Source: a virus. Taken from it: DNA of 64,000 nt. The DNA lies in IMG/VR virus record IMGVR_UViG_3300048999_000191, one strand, 5' to 3'. Positions 1 to 9,742 of this stretch are shown here, piece after piece. The notes under the pieces are model-generated. The model was given only the letters and a program-made list of their open reading frames with translations, had not been told where the DNA came from and did no database searches. Numbering within the stretch: the stretch's first letter is position 1; each line of letters begins with the position of its first letter. The translations under genes and the position numbers were made by a program.

Positions 1-57
1 CGACCTCGCGGGCACTGCGGTTGGTCGGGGAGAGGCGGTACTCGGGGAGCGGCATGA

Positions 58-384
58 TCATGCACCTGCCATCTCGAAGAACTCGACGCGAGCCTTGGCG
101 CCCACCTCGACGGAATCGAAGGCCAGCGTCCCCTCGGCATCGCCGGTGTCGCGGGCGATGTAGAGCCGGGCGCGCAACAACCCGTGCCGGTTGGGCACGG
201 TGCCGGTCTGCACGACCCGGGCGAGCTGCTTGCTGTTCCAGCTCTCGACGATGAGGCCCGCCGGGGTGATGGCCACCAGGTCGTAACGCCCGGCCGCGTC
301 CGTCTCAACGAAGAACCGGAACAGGTCGGGAGTGAAGTTGTGCCACAGGGCGTCGATCTCGGCGCGGGTGATGGTGTCCTGCAT
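58..384 (-). CDS. hypothetical protein
   Basis: 108-aa ORF directly behind conserved leader/RBS at 390-401. Confidence 0.75.
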   Translation of the reverse strand: MQDTITRAEIDALWHNFTPDLFRFFVETDAAGRYDLVAITPAGLIVESWNSKQLARVVQTGTVPNRHGLLRARLYIARDTGDAEGTLAFDSVEVGAKARVEFFEMAGA

Positions 385-389
385 GGTGA

Positions 390-446
390 CCTCCAGTGCG
401 GTCTCGGTAATGACCCCACACTACTCGATCGGGTAGTGTGGGGCAA
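390..446 (-). promoter_or_regulatory. Cassette element copy 1
   Basis: TTGCCC-17-TAGTGT; palindrome 421-436 extended to 414-444; leader CCGCACTGGAGG. Confidence 0.85.
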
Positions 447-451
447 CCCCC

Positions 452-667
452 TTACAGCGGATTGCCCCAGACGATCCGGCCGGTGTCCCGGCGGTAGGGG
501 CGATGCTTCGGCTGCGGCGCGCTCGGGGCGTAGTCCGGGTCGTTCAGCTGGCGGATCTTGCGATCCACGGTGACCGGGTTGGTGTAGACGGCCTGCTCGG
601 TCGGATGGCCCGAGGCGTCGCAGGGCGTTCCCTCGGCGTCCAGGATCCGGTAGACGACGCTGCTCAC
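452..667 (-). CDS. hypothetical protein
   Basis: 71-aa ORF coupled to upstream gene. Confidence 0.55.
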   Translation of the reverse strand: MSSVVYRILDAEGTPCDASGHPTEQAVYTNPVTVDRKIRQLNDPDYAPSAPQPKHRPYRRDTGRIVWGNPL

Positions 668-1188
668 AGCTCGACCTCGGCCTTCGGCGGCATCCAGCCC
701 GCCTCGACGAGCAGCTTGCGGATCTCCATCGCCTGGTCCTTCATGCCGCCCGCCTCGAAGCCGACCTGAGAGACGATGTAGTCGACGATCGGCCGCGCGT
801 CCTCCTCGAACGGGATGACGTCGACCGGCGCCATCTCCTGGGCGATCAGCTCGGAAGCGTCTTCGAGCTTCGGCGCCTCGTCGGCGTCGAACGAGGTGCC
901 GCCGCCGGTGACCTCGGCCCCCTCGACCTTCGCCGCGATCTCGTCGGCCACGGCGTAGATCTCGGTCAGCTCGTTGTAGACGAAGTTCGTCTTGTGCGCG
1001 ATGACCGAGGTATAGGTCTTCTCGGGGACGTAGGGTTCGAAGTCGTCGCCGTAGCTGAACGGCACGCCCTTCTCGTAGTGGAAGACATCCTTCTCGCGGT
1101 CGACGGTCCAGCCCGCCTTCTCGCAGAGGGCGATCAGCTCGGTGGCCGCGTCGCGGGTGGGAACACTGAAGTCGATGTCACGGATCAC
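664..1188 (-). CDS. hypothetical acidic protein
   Basis: GTG start at 1188 behind element copy 2; typical codon usage. Confidence 0.7.
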   Translation of the reverse strand: MIRDIDFSVPTRDAATELIALCEKAGWTVDREKDVFHYEKGVPFSYGDDFEPYVPEKTYTSVIAHKTNFVYNELTEIYAVADEIAAKVEGAEVTGGGTSFDADEAPKLEDASELIAQEMAPVDVIPFEEDARPIVDYIVSQVGFEAGGMKDQAMEIRKLLVEAGWMPPKAEVEL

Positions 1189-1195
1189 AGGGATT

Positions 1196-1251
1196 CCTTC
1201 CGATGCAGGATGTTGCGAGTCGACACTACCCGATCGAGTAGTGCAGGTCAA
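1196..1251 (-). promoter_or_regulatory. Cassette element copy 2
   Basis: TTGACC-17-TAGTGT; palindrome 1226-1241; variant leader CCTGCATCGGAAGG. Confidence 0.8.
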
Positions 1252-1647
1252 ACGCGGCGGCGCGGGTGCACACGCTCCTTGCGCTCGATGAAGTAGCGGG
1301 TCTTGACCTCCACGGCGGCGATGCTCGCGTGCTTGCGGGACAGGCCGCCCGCCATCAGATCCTGGACCAGCTGCTCGTACTGGTCCTCGACGGTCGGATG
1401 GGACGCGTTGGTGCCCGCGCACGAGCACCGGGTGCCGCAGAGCATGAGCGCGCAAGTGGCCATCAGCGGACCCTCACTTCCTGCATCACCGAGTTGTCCG
1501 GCGTGAAATGCGTCTCGACGTAGGTCACTCGAACGAGCGAGTAGACCCCGTACACGGTGATCAGCGCTCCCTCGCGTATCGCGGGTGCGGTGCCACTCCA
1601 CACCACGGTGTCGGGGTCGTTCTCGTGAGCGATCTTGGTGTGGATCA

Positions 1648-1851
1648 TCACGAGCCCCAGACCGGGCAGAAGTACAACGAGCCGTCCGGCCGGTCACACA
1701 CCGGCTTCCAGCTCTGCTGGACGATCACCTCGTGCGCCCAGGGCCAGATGTCGGTCCCGGCCACGAGCAGGAAGCCGAGAAGAAACGCGATCGCGGCCAG
1801 GATGCCGAGCAGGCGCCAGCAGCCGTGACCGACCGGGGGGCGGGTGGCCAT
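1648..1851 (-). CDS. small membrane protein
   Basis: Hydrophobic segment LLGILAAIAFLLGFLLVAG; ATG at 1851. Confidence 0.55.
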   Translation of the reverse strand: MATRPPVGHGCWRLLGILAAIAFLLGFLLVAGTDIWPWAHEVIVQQSWKPVCDRPDGSLYFCPVWGS

Positions 1852-2138
1852 CAGATCATTCCTCCCGGCCCACGGCGGTCGCACTCCAGCCGGACGGCCA
1901 TGCGCAGCTTGTCCAGCTCCTCGGCGCCCAGCGAGCGCAGGTCCGGATCCGGGTTCTCGATGTGGACCACGAAGCCCTTGTAGGCGGGCGCCTTGGGCCA
2001 CTCGGCCTCGAACCCCTTACGCTCGACGATCGCGGCGCAGGCGGCCAACCAGGACGACGAGCGTCGCTTCCCGGCTGTCCTGGTGAAGTCGGCCGCGCGA
2101 TTCAACGCGGCAACGCCGCCTCGGATGAACTCACTCAT
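1851..2138 (-). CDS. hypothetical protein
   Basis: 95-aa ORF with GAGGAG RBS. Confidence 0.6.
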   Translation of the reverse strand: MSEFIRGGVAALNRAADFTRTAGKRRSSSWLAACAAIVERKGFEAEWPKAPAYKGFVVHIENPDPDLRSLGAEELDKLRMAVRLECDRRGPGGMI

Positions 2139-2251
2139 CAGATCTCTCCTCGCTGATCACGGACGACTGCGCAGCGTTTCTTACGCCTGGAGGTAACAAA
2201 CGCTGCGTCAGCCGATGTGCGGAGTGGCCAAAGGTAGAACCCTTGCCAGTC

Positions 2252-2281
2252 GACACTACCCGATCGAGTAGTATGGGTCAA
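2252..2281 (-). promoter_or_regulatory. Cassette element copy 3
   Basis: TTGACC-17-TAGTGT; palindrome 2256-2271; long structured leader instead of the standard one. Confidence 0.8.
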
Positions 2282-3297
2282 CCTCGGACGTCGTGGACGC
2301 GAGGCTTGTTGATCACCGGCGTGCCCTCGGGCCCGCGCGGATGCTCGGCGATCAGGATCCGTTTACGCAGCTTCCGGCCGGGCCCGTATGCCTGATTCCG
2401 CCAGTGCTCGGACACGGTCACCCGGTGGTCGAGCTTGTGGCCGGTGCCTGGGTTCTGGACTGGCTTGTGTGCGCCCGCGTGCTGCCGGACGTTCACCACG
2501 GAGATGTCGTCGACCCGAGAGCTGACCAGTCCCGTCCGGGCGGCTCGGCGGCGGGCGTGACGCTCAATTGGCTCGTCGCTCTCCGGCAACGGCTGATTCA
2601 TCATCTGGAAGGCGGCGTAAAGCATCCGGCCGATGTTGTAGAGACTCACCACGTCCTCGGCCGTTTCACCTTCGGCACGGACCTGTTCGACCCGCTCGCG
2701 CTGCTTGTCGGTCAGCTCGGAGTACTCCGGCCCTACCATGCTCGTCGGCCCGGCCATCATGAACTGGCTGATCCATAACCCCTGGTTGATGCGATTCGTG
2801 TCTTCGAACCACGGTTCATCTCGCATTCGAGACACATCGGTACTGGGCTCGCGACTGGCATCGTTCCAGACCGTGAACAGATACCCCCGATCGGTCGCAC
2901 CGGTCTCCTTCGTGACGAGTTCGATCATGGTCCACGTCAGGATGTGGATGCGCACCACGCGCGCCTTCGCGTCGGGGTCAGCCAGGTAATTGAAAGCTTC
3001 CTCGAAGACCAACACACCCTTATCGGTCCGGGGCAGGCCGGACTGCTCAAAGCTGATGTTGTCGTCGAGCGCGTCCATCCGCTCGCGCAGCTCCGGCATG
3101 GCCGAGGCGCGCATCCGGTACGTTGGCGCCTCCAGGACGTCCTTGTGCAGGTGCAGGGCGGCGGCGGTGGGCTTGTCCAGGCCGAGCGACCATGTGGCCA
3201 CGCGTGAGACGTAGCGCTGCACGTCGCGGTTGCCGGTAACGATCGCGAGCTTGGTGTGGATGTCCAGCGCCTCAGCGCGGCTGAGCCCAGTCACCAT
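2278..3297 (-). CDS. phage protein of unknown function
   Basis: ATG at 3297; C-terminal HWRNQAYGPG...RGP motif seen in many phage proteins. Confidence 0.75.
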   Translation of the reverse strand: MVTGLSRAEALDIHTKLAIVTGNRDVQRYVSRVATWSLGLDKPTAAALHLHKDVLEAPTYRMRASAMPELRERMDALDDNISFEQSGLPRTDKGVLVFEEAFNYLADPDAKARVVRIHILTWTMIELVTKETGATDRGYLFTVWNDASREPSTDVSRMRDEPWFEDTNRINQGLWISQFMMAGPTSMVGPEYSELTDKQRERVEQVRAEGETAEDVVSLYNIGRMLYAAFQMMNQPLPESDEPIERHARRRAARTGLVSSRVDDISVVNVRQHAGAHKPVQNPGTGHKLDHRVTVSEHWRNQAYGPGRKLRKRILIAEHPRGPEGTPVINKPRVHDVRG

Positions 3298-3486
3298 CAG
3301 CGCACCTTCGCGAAGAGGATGCCGCCCACAATGAACAGCAGGGCTCCGAGGACCCACATCAGCGTCCAGAAGCCGTCGTCACTCAGCTCGATCGCGTACA
3401 TCAGTGGATCTCCTGTCGGACCCAGAGCCACATGAGCGCGTAACGCTTCCACATCTCCGCGTAGAAGCCGGGCAACGGTTCCATGA

Positions 3487-3681
3487 TCAGTTATTCCTTC
3501 CTCGGCCCAGGCCGAATCCCGAGAGCCAGGCGAGCGGCACGGCAGCGCAGACCAGGTACATCGTCGTGGTCTGCGGCGCCCCCTGCACCGAGTTCGAGAT
3601 CATCACCATGAGGATCAGGATCAGCCCGGCGGTGGCTCCGAGGCCGACCGCGAACCACAGTGCGCGCTTGTCCACACCCAT
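3487..3681 (-). CDS. two-TM membrane protein
   Basis: Two hydrophobic segments. Confidence 0.55.
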   Translation of the reverse strand: MGVDKRALWFAVGLGATAGLILILMVMISNSVQGAPQTTTMYLVCAAVPLAWLSGFGLGRGRNN

Positions 3682-3683
3682 GA

Positions 3684-4004
3684 TCAGCTCTCCCCGCCGT
3701 AGATGACGACCAGCGACGACTCGTCACGGACCTCGTAGACGAAGCCCTGTTCGGCGGCCAGCGACTGACCCGCCTCGCTCAGGGTGTACTTCAGCGGCCA
3801 GCAGTCCATGGCGTACCAGACGACCTCGACGCGGCCCTTGGGCAGCTGCGCGACCTCGTGGCCGTTCGAGTTGAACTCGCGGACGTTGACGTCGAAGTGC
3901 TTCGCGGCGTCGATGGCCACGGTGGCGGCCACGGCGGCTTCGAGCGAGGTCCCCACCCCGCACCACGCCGGGCCGAGGATGTAGCTGGACGAGTGGGCTC
4001 CCAT
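3684..4004 (-). CDS. hypothetical protein
   Basis: ATG at 4004 behind conserved leader. Confidence 0.7.
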   Translation of the reverse strand: MGAHSSSYILGPAWCGVGTSLEAAVAATVAIDAAKHFDVNVREFNSNGHEVAQLPKGRVEVVWYAMDCWPLKYTLSEAGQSLAAEQGFVYEVRDESSLVVIYGGES

Positions 4005-4009
4005 GTTGA

Positions 4010-4070
4010 CCTCCGGTGCGGTCCTTGAACTGACAAAACCCACACTACCCGTTCAGGTAGTATGAGTCAA
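4010..4070 (-). promoter_or_regulatory. Cassette element copy 4
   Basis: TTGACT-17-TAGTGT; palindrome 4045-4060; CCGCACCGGAGG. Confidence 0.88.
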
Positions 4071-4083
4071 GTCGGCGGAGTGA

Positions 4084-4383
4084 TCAGCTGATCTCCTTGA
4101 TGGTCAACGCGATCGCGCGGCCGCACCCTGCTTCTTCCTCGGCCCGATAGCCGTAAGCGAACTGGATGTTGAAGAGACTCTTGTGCATGATCATTTCGGG
4201 GATGCCGTTGTTGCGCAGGTGACCCTCGCGATCGTCGAGCCAGCCGAGGTAGTTGCCCTCGGGATCCTCGATCACCTCAACCGGCACGGGCTCGGCGCAG
4301 CCATGCATCTTGACCGTGCGACGGTCGCTGATCACGAGCCACTCGCAGTCGCCCTTGGGGTAGCCGAACATCTCCCAGCTCAT
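4084..4383 (-). CDS. hypothetical protein
   Basis: 99-aa ORF with good codon usage. Confidence 0.65.
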   Translation of the reverse strand: MSWEMFGYPKGDCEWLVISDRRTVKMHGCAEPVPVEVIEDPEGNYLGWLDDREGHLRNNGIPEMIMHKSLFNIQFAYGYRAEEEAGCGRAIALTIKEIS

Positions 4384-4572
4384 TCGTCGACCACCTGCTG
4401 GAACTCGTAAAGGCGCGGGCCGCGCTCGTGCTCGACAATGATCGAGCCGCGCAGCGCCGCCTCGGCCTCTTCCTCGGTTTCGTACGCACGCGGGCTCATG
4501 ATCCGCTTCGAGTCGAGAGGTCGGTGGTGCCCCTGATGACGCGCGCCAGCGCGCCTCGCTTCATCGGTTCGG

Positions 4573-4905
4573 TCACGTCTGCTCCTCGGGTTTCTTGATC
4601 TCGGCCAGGATGGGCACGAGCAGCTTGCGAACTCGGTCGAGGCTCTCGATGGCGTCGTTCCACTCGAAGTACTCGGTGCTGTTGGCCAGCACCTCCTCCA
4701 CGCGCTTGCGGAAGGCGCGCAGCTGATACACCTCGTTCATCACCTCGAAGACCGGCGTGCCCGCGTAGTACTCCTGCTCGGGGCTCGCCAGGAGCCCGAG
4801 CATGATCTGGGCGTCCCGCAGCTCTCGCCGCACCTTCTTCAACTCGTCGGCGACCACGGGAGACACCTTGTGCCACTGGTCACCGATCTTGATCAGCACG
4901 CTCAC
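4573..4905 (-). CDS. hypothetical coiled-coil protein
   Basis: GTG at 4905 overlapping upstream stop. Confidence 0.6.
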   Translation of the reverse strand: MSVLIKIGDQWHKVSPVVADELKKVRRELRDAQIMLGLLASPEQEYYAGTPVFEVMNEVYQLRAFRKRVEEVLANSTEYFEWNDAIESLDRVRKLLVPILAEIKKPEEQT

Positions 4906-5723
4906 CCGTGCAGCTCCTCTTCCCACTGCCACAGCGGCCGGACCTCGATCAGGTCGCGGGTGTCCAGCAGCGTGTAGTTGCCCTGCTCGCCGTCCATGTC
5001 CAAGCCGATCACCTTGGTCCCGTACGGCTCGATGGTCTGGCGGATGTCGCGGTGGTAGTGCCCGTGGATCAGCGCCTCGGGCTGGATCTTGTCCACGACG
5101 TCTTGGAGCTGCTCGCGATGCGCGTCACTGCGCGCGAGATCCATCACGTCCCACAGGCGCGACGGCTGGCCGAAGCTCATCCGCACCGCGCTGGGTGAGT
5201 CGTGGGTGAGCATCACGTGCACCTTGCCCGATCGCATGGCGTGCTTGAGCTGCTCGCCGGTGAAGGTCTCCTCCGGCCACCAGCCGAGCTTCTGCTCCTC
5301 CCGGATGACCTTGTCGACTGACACGGCGCCGCCCAGACCCATCCAGGTCTTGTGGTGCCAGGTCCAGCGGTGCCCGCGCGGGATCCAGAAGATCGACGCC
5401 TCCGGCCCGGGGCGGTCGATCGGGACGAGCCCGTGGTTTCCGTGGCTCAGCTCCTCCTCGCGCAGCGCGATCAGCTCGGGGTGCCACTCGTGGTTGCCGT
5501 CCACGAACCACAGCTCGATGTCGGCGAGCTGGAGCGAGAACGAGATGTCGTCCAGGAACTGGCGCCCGGCCGCGCCCGGCCAGACACCGAAGTCGCCCGC
5601 GTGCAGGATGATCTTGCGCTTCTCGCGACGAAGCAGCTCGGCGGCCTTGCCGATGACATGGCGACCCCAGCCTTGGTTGCCATGCCAATCGCCCGCGAGC
5701 ACCACGGCGCCGGGATCCGTCAT
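4902..5723 (-). CDS. calcineurin-like metallophosphoesterase
   Basis: Motifs GDWHG, GDFG, GNHE, THD, HGHYH; ATG at 5723. Confidence 0.9.
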   Translation of the reverse strand: MTDPGAVVLAGDWHGNQGWGRHVIGKAAELLRREKRKIILHAGDFGVWPGAAGRQFLDDISFSLQLADIELWFVDGNHEWHPELIALREEELSHGNHGLVPIDRPGPEASIFWIPRGHRWTWHHKTWMGLGGAVSVDKVIREEQKLGWWPEETFTGEQLKHAMRSGKVHVMLTHDSPSAVRMSFGQPSRLWDVMDLARSDAHREQLQDVVDKIQPEALIHGHYHRDIRQTIEPYGTKVIGLDMDGEQGNYTLLDTRDLIEVRPLWQWEEELHG

Positions 5724-5968
5724 CGGTTCCTCGCGTTCATCTTCAGCGCGTAGGCCTTCAGGCCATCGATCGCCGGACCGGCCAGGGTCTCCACGCTGAC
5801 CACCCGGCCGTCGTCGAGCACCATGCCGTCGAGGCGGTCCCAGACGTCTTCCCAGTCGACCCGGATGGCCTGGTACCAGCCGTCCACGATGTCGTCCACT
5901 GCGCGCTTGACCTCGTCCGGAATCTCCTCGAAGGAAGTCCGCGAGGTGATCTCCAGGTAGTCGCTCAT
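5720..5968 (-). CDS. hypothetical protein
   Basis: 82-aa coupled ORF. Confidence 0.65.
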   Translation of the reverse strand: MSDYLEITSRTSFEEIPDEVKRAVDDIVDGWYQAIRVDWEDVWDRLDGMVLDDGRVVSVETLAGPAIDGLKAYALKMNARNR

Positions 5969-6315
5969 CGGTTCTTCTTCCTCTCACTCTTCTCCCAGCG
6001 CTCCAGCGCGGCCGCGCCTTTGTCGTTGAACAGCAGGGAGGTCGGCCGGTCCAGCAGCTCGTACTTCCGGCCGTCGGCCCGGGACAGATACTGCGAGGCG
6101 CGCAGCTCGCGCAGCGTGTCGACCATGTCCGGGTCCACCAGCTCGATGTCACCCAGCTTCGGCTCGTACATGAACGAACCCATCGCGGTCGGGATGTCCG
6201 GGACGAAGAACAGCTCGTGCTGAGCGGCCAGGCGCAGGGCGTTCAGGCGCTTCTGCGTCTTGACCAGCCCGACGGGATCGTCCACGTACGGGCGCTTCTT
6301 CGGGTCGAGTGCCAT
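5965..6315 (-). CDS. hypothetical protein, possible winged helix
   Basis: ATG at 6315; C-terminal LLFNDKGAAAL wing-like motif. Confidence 0.55.
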   Translation of the reverse strand: MALDPKKRPYVDDPVGLVKTQKRLNALRLAAQHELFFVPDIPTAMGSFMYEPKLGDIELVDPDMVDTLRELRASQYLSRADGRKYELLDRPTSLLFNDKGAAALERWEKSERKKNR

Positions 6316-6868
6316 CACACGCCCTCCGGCTGGCTCGGGAACTCGTCTGGCCACCCGGTCGCCTTGACCTTGAGGTAGTTCTCGAAGGCCTGGTGCTGGG
6401 CGTTGTCCCAGTGCTGGGCCGCATCGCGCAGCACGGTCAGCAGGCTGGCAACCTGGTCGACCGCCTCGCAGGTAATGGCCTCTTCGAGCAAGCTCAGGGC
6501 TCGGTCGGCCTGCTGGGCGGTCAGCGCCGCCACGCCGCGCTCCCTCATCCGCTCGATGAGCACTTCGGTGGTGCTGTCCATCGGGTCTTCCTTCCGTCGG
6601 TGCTTCACGACTTCCCTTCGCTCTCGTGGCGGGTGCTCGACCGGCGTGGTCACGACTCCATCGCTTCGCGCAGGACGTACAGGCCCTCCGAGGTGATGTT
6701 GCACTTCCAGACCCGGTCCTCGTCCGCTAGCTCGGCGGTGATCAAGCCGCGCCGAACGAGAGCGTTGAGCGTCCGGACGTAGGTCGACCTCGCCAGGAAG
6801 GTGACGTCTGGGCCGCGCCAGTCGATCTCGGAAAGCACCCGGTGCATGGTCTTGCTTGAGCCTCATGA

Positions 6869-7108
6869 TCACCACTCCTCGTCGTCGTAGACAGCCTGAA
6901 GCTGGTGCTGGCTGGGGGCGACGATCTGGCTCCCCGGGCACTCTTCCTCGGAGTGGCGCTGGCGCATGGTCTTGCAGCGCTCGGGCGCGTGCTGCGGGCA
7001 GCCGGGGGCGGTCTGGTCTTCCAGCACCAGGCCGCACGGCGCCTTCGGGCAGGGGCACTCGTCTTCCAGCGGGCTGCCCGACCAGCTGCGGCCGATGTGG
7101 TGGGTCAT
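6869..7108 (-). CDS. small Cys/His-rich protein
   Basis: CPCPKAPC...CPQH...C...H...C. Confidence 0.6.
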   Translation of the reverse strand: MTHHIGRSWSGSPLEDECPCPKAPCGLVLEDQTAPGCPQHAPERCKTMRQRHSEEECPGSQIVAPSQHQLQAVYDDEEW

Positions 7109-7112
7109 CGCT

Positions 7113-7508
7113 CTACCGGCCCATCAGTGCATCGGCGGAACGGCGGGAGACAGCCAGCTCGGCCTCGCGGACCCGCTGGCGGCTCTTGATCTCCTGGCTC
7201 TCGCGATAGGCCAGCTCGGCCAGCGCCATCTCGCCGTAGCCGTGGAAGTCGATCTCGGCGACTCGCCAGAGCATCTGGTCCAGGGAGCGGCTGAAGTCGC
7301 GCACCGGTGCTCCCAGCACATCGATCACGCGGACCAGGACGTTGGCCACGCGCTCGCCCTCGGCGGTGAGCAGGGTGACCGGGACCAGGGTGTCGACGCC
7401 CAGGCCGTTGAGGTTCGGGCGCTGCACCAGCCAGCCAGTGATCTGCTCGCGCAGGCCGTAGGCCTTGTACTTCTCGCCGGTGACGAGCTTCGGGGCGATG
7501 TGGGTCAT
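7113..7508 (-). CDS. hypothetical protein
   Basis: Starts behind element copy 5. Confidence 0.7.
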   Translation of the reverse strand: MTHIAPKLVTGEKYKAYGLREQITGWLVQRPNLNGLGVDTLVPVTLLTAEGERVANVLVRVIDVLGAPVRDFSRSLDQMLWRVAEIDFHGYGEMALAELAYRESQEIKSRQRVREAELAVSRRSADALMGR

Positions 7509-7513
7509 GGGAG

Positions 7514-7574
7514 CCTCCGGTGCGGCTGGTTGCGCTGACTCCCTGATACTACCCGAACGGGTAGTATCTGTCTA
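7514..7574 (-). promoter_or_regulatory. Cassette element copy 5
   Basis: TAGACA-17-TAGTAT; palindrome 7549-7564 extended GATA/TATC; CCGCACCGGAGG. Confidence 0.85.
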
Positions 7575-7859
7575 CCCGCGCCGGGCGCGCCACTTCGCCA
7601 GCAGGTCGGCGCCCTTCGAGGTGACCCGCAGTCGGCGGCGACCCTGGTGCCCGACCATGATGTGCTCGCCGTGCACGATGGCCTCGGCCGCGAGCAGCAG
7701 CAGCACGGGATGCCGGTCCTCCGGCCTGTGGACGAACACCTCGCGGCGGATGTAGCTGACGCCCAGGCCGCCCGGATTAAAGGAATGCAGATCGCCGTTC
7801 TCGGCTGCGGTGAGCGTCTCCTGACGCTCGGGCGTCCATGCGATCTCGCGGTCGCTCAT
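7572..7859 (-). CDS. hypothetical protein, possible winged helix
   Basis: Behind element copy 6; LRVTSKGADLL wing-like motif. Confidence 0.65.
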   Translation of the reverse strand: MSDREIAWTPERQETLTAAENGDLHSFNPGGLGVSYIRREVFVHRPEDRHPVLLLLAAEAIVHGEHIMVGHQGRRRLRVTSKGADLLAKWRARRG

Positions 7860-7864
7860 CCTGA

Positions 7865-7932
7865 CCTCCAGTGTGGTCCTGCATGTGCAGATGGATGAGC
7901 ATCAAGCTACCCGAACGGGTAGATCGGCTCAA
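7865..7932 (-). promoter_or_regulatory. Cassette element copy 6
   Basis: TTGAGC-17-TAGCTT; palindrome 7907-7922; CCACACTGGAGG. Confidence 0.8.
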
Positions 7933-8003
7933 GGGGCCAACCGGATGATCACAGGTCAGCCAGGCTGTAGGCCGTCGCTTGAGGGTATTTCTGCTGTCAT
8001 GAC

Positions 8004-8039
8004 ACGGGCCCCGTCCGGCCGAAGCCAGGCGGGGCCCGT
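8004..8039 (-). terminator. GC-rich stem-loop terminator
   Basis: ACGGGCCCCG...CGGGGCCCGT inverted repeat just after stop at 8051. Confidence 0.6.
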
Positions 8040-8050
8040 GGTGCTCTCGA

Positions 8051-8356
8051 TTAGGCAGAGACGTCGAACAGGTCGACGATCTTGCCGCCGTACAGCTCAC
8101 CCTCGACCTGCTCGGCGTTGGTCCAGCCCGGCACGGTGAGCGTGCCCACGAGCATGTCCACGTCGGGGTCGTCGAGGTAGCCCTCCACGGTCGCCTCGTC
8201 GGCCAGGTCGTCGAGCAGCCGGACCGGCTCGTCCTCGGGGATGGCGTAGTTGAGCCAGCTCAGCTTCTCGGCGAGGTCGGCCAGCGCCGTCTCGTTGCCG
8301 TCCACCTGGAGCCAGAACGTGCCCTCGACGCTGTCGAGGTACTTGCGGAACTGCAC
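8051..8356 (-). CDS. hypothetical protein, paralogue of 8646-9026
   Basis: Shares FWLQVDGNExAL and G.L.VP.W. Confidence 0.7.
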   Translation of the reverse strand: MQFRKYLDSVEGTFWLQVDGNETALADLAEKLSWLNYAIPEDEPVRLLDDLADEATVEGYLDDPDVDMLVGTLTVPGWTNAEQVEGELYGGKIVDLFDVSA

Positions 8357-8645
8357 GTGATCTCCTACTCGTCGTCTTCGTCCGTGGCCAGCGTGCGCAT
8401 CGCCTCGCCGTACCACTCCCAGTTGTCCACGCCCGCCTGCTCCAGGGCGTTGAGCTTGTCCTGGTCCTCGATCAGGCGCTTGTACCTATTGCGGCCGACC
8501 ACCTTGCCCCGGGACAGGTAATCGGCGATCCGGCGCAGGTCCTGCTGCACCTCGTCGCTGGAGCCGCTACGCGCCGCGTCCTGCTTGTCGAACCAGTCGG
8601 CCAGGAAGCGCAGCTTGCTCGCGTCGTCGTCGTAGACGGCCGTGC

Positions 8646-9026
8646 TCACGCGGGCGCCGTCTCCTGGAACAGTTCGCAGACGCCGCCCTTGTTCAGGTCC
8701 TGCTCGATGCGGCCGCCGAAGTCGGTGGGCGCGGGCCAGTCCGGCACCCGCAGCACGCCGGTGACCTTGTGGTCGCTGGCCATGTAGCCGCCCTCCTCCT
8801 CGTCGGCCTGCTCGATCAGGACGTCCACGTAGGACTCGTCCTTGGCGTGGTCGATCGAGTCGAGCACGAAGGGAGAGCCGGGCTCCCCGTCGCGGTAGAG
8901 CGCCGCGAGCGCGTCCAGCGCGACGTGCAGGCGCAGCAGCGCGTCCTCGTTGCCGTCGACCTGGAGCCAGAAGCGCCAGGTCTCGCCTTCCCACTCGTTC
9001 TCCTCGGTGAGCTTCACGAACTTCAT
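8646..9026 (-). CDS. hypothetical protein, paralogue of 8051-8356
   Basis: Shares FWLQVDGNExAL and G.L.VP.W. Confidence 0.75.
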   Translation of the reverse strand: MKFVKLTEENEWEGETWRFWLQVDGNEDALLRLHVALDALAALYRDGEPGSPFVLDSIDHAKDESYVDVLIEQADEEEGGYMASDHKVTGVLRVPDWPAPTDFGGRIEQDLNKGGVCELFQETAPA

Positions 9027-9037
9027 GATGATCTCCC

Positions 9038-9313
9038 TCAGGGGTTCTTGATCTCGATCCGCATGCGGCGAGCCTTCTCCGGGACCTCCGCCACCCAGAC
9101 CGAGCCCACAGCGAGGTCGAAGAAGCTCGCCAGGGCGCGCGTGAGGTGGAAGATGCCGTCGACCGTCTGGCCCGGTGTCAGCTCCACGATGAGCCCGTCA
9201 CCGTCCTCGTCGAGCGGCCGCGAGCCGATGAGCGGGGTGAGCCGATTCGGGCAGGTCTCCTTGTTGGAGAGAGTCTCCCACTGCTCGCGCAGGGTCTTGA
9301 TGTCGTTGGACAT
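9038..9313 (-). CDS. hypothetical protein
   Basis: Variant leader CCACACCGAAGGAG upstream. Confidence 0.65.
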   Translation of the reverse strand: MSNDIKTLREQWETLSNKETCPNRLTPLIGSRPLDEDGDGLIVELTPGQTVDGIFHLTRALASFFDLAVGSVWVAEVPEKARRMRIEIKNP

Positions 9314-9433
9314 GGTGATCTCCTTCGGTGTGGTGGAAGGGCGGCCACCGCAGGCAGAACAGGTGGCTCCGCGCCCAACCAGCCCGACGCGCTATCCTGC
9401 GGTTGTTCTGTGGCTGTCCACGCCGCCCTTGAT

Positions 9434-9742
9434 CTAGATCTTTTCGACGTCGAGCAGCTTCCCGTGCTGATCCGGCGGTCCGTCCTCGGGATCGCGTGGG
9501 TGGCCGAAGTTCATGGCCTCCCAGACCTCGTCCGGCGCGGGGACGTAGACGACTGGCCAGCCCACCACGTCCACGTCCGTCTCGGTCTCCATCGGCCCCC
9601 AGAGGTCGACGATGTGCCACTTGGCGTCTTGGCCCTCCTGGTCCAGCAAGATCGCGTGCGCGAAGCCCTCGGGGGACCGCCGGACAGTGCCGTGCGGCAG
9701 CCTGTTCGCGTCGTCCACCGTGATGGTCGAGTTGGTGATCAC
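9434..9742 (-). CDS. hypothetical protein
   Basis: 102-aa coupled ORF. Confidence 0.6.
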   Translation of the reverse strand: MITNSTITVDDANRLPHGTVRRSPEGFAHAILLDQEGQDAKWHIVDLWGPMETETDVDVVGWPVVYVPAPDEVWEAMNFGHPRDPEDGPPDQHGKLLDVEKI

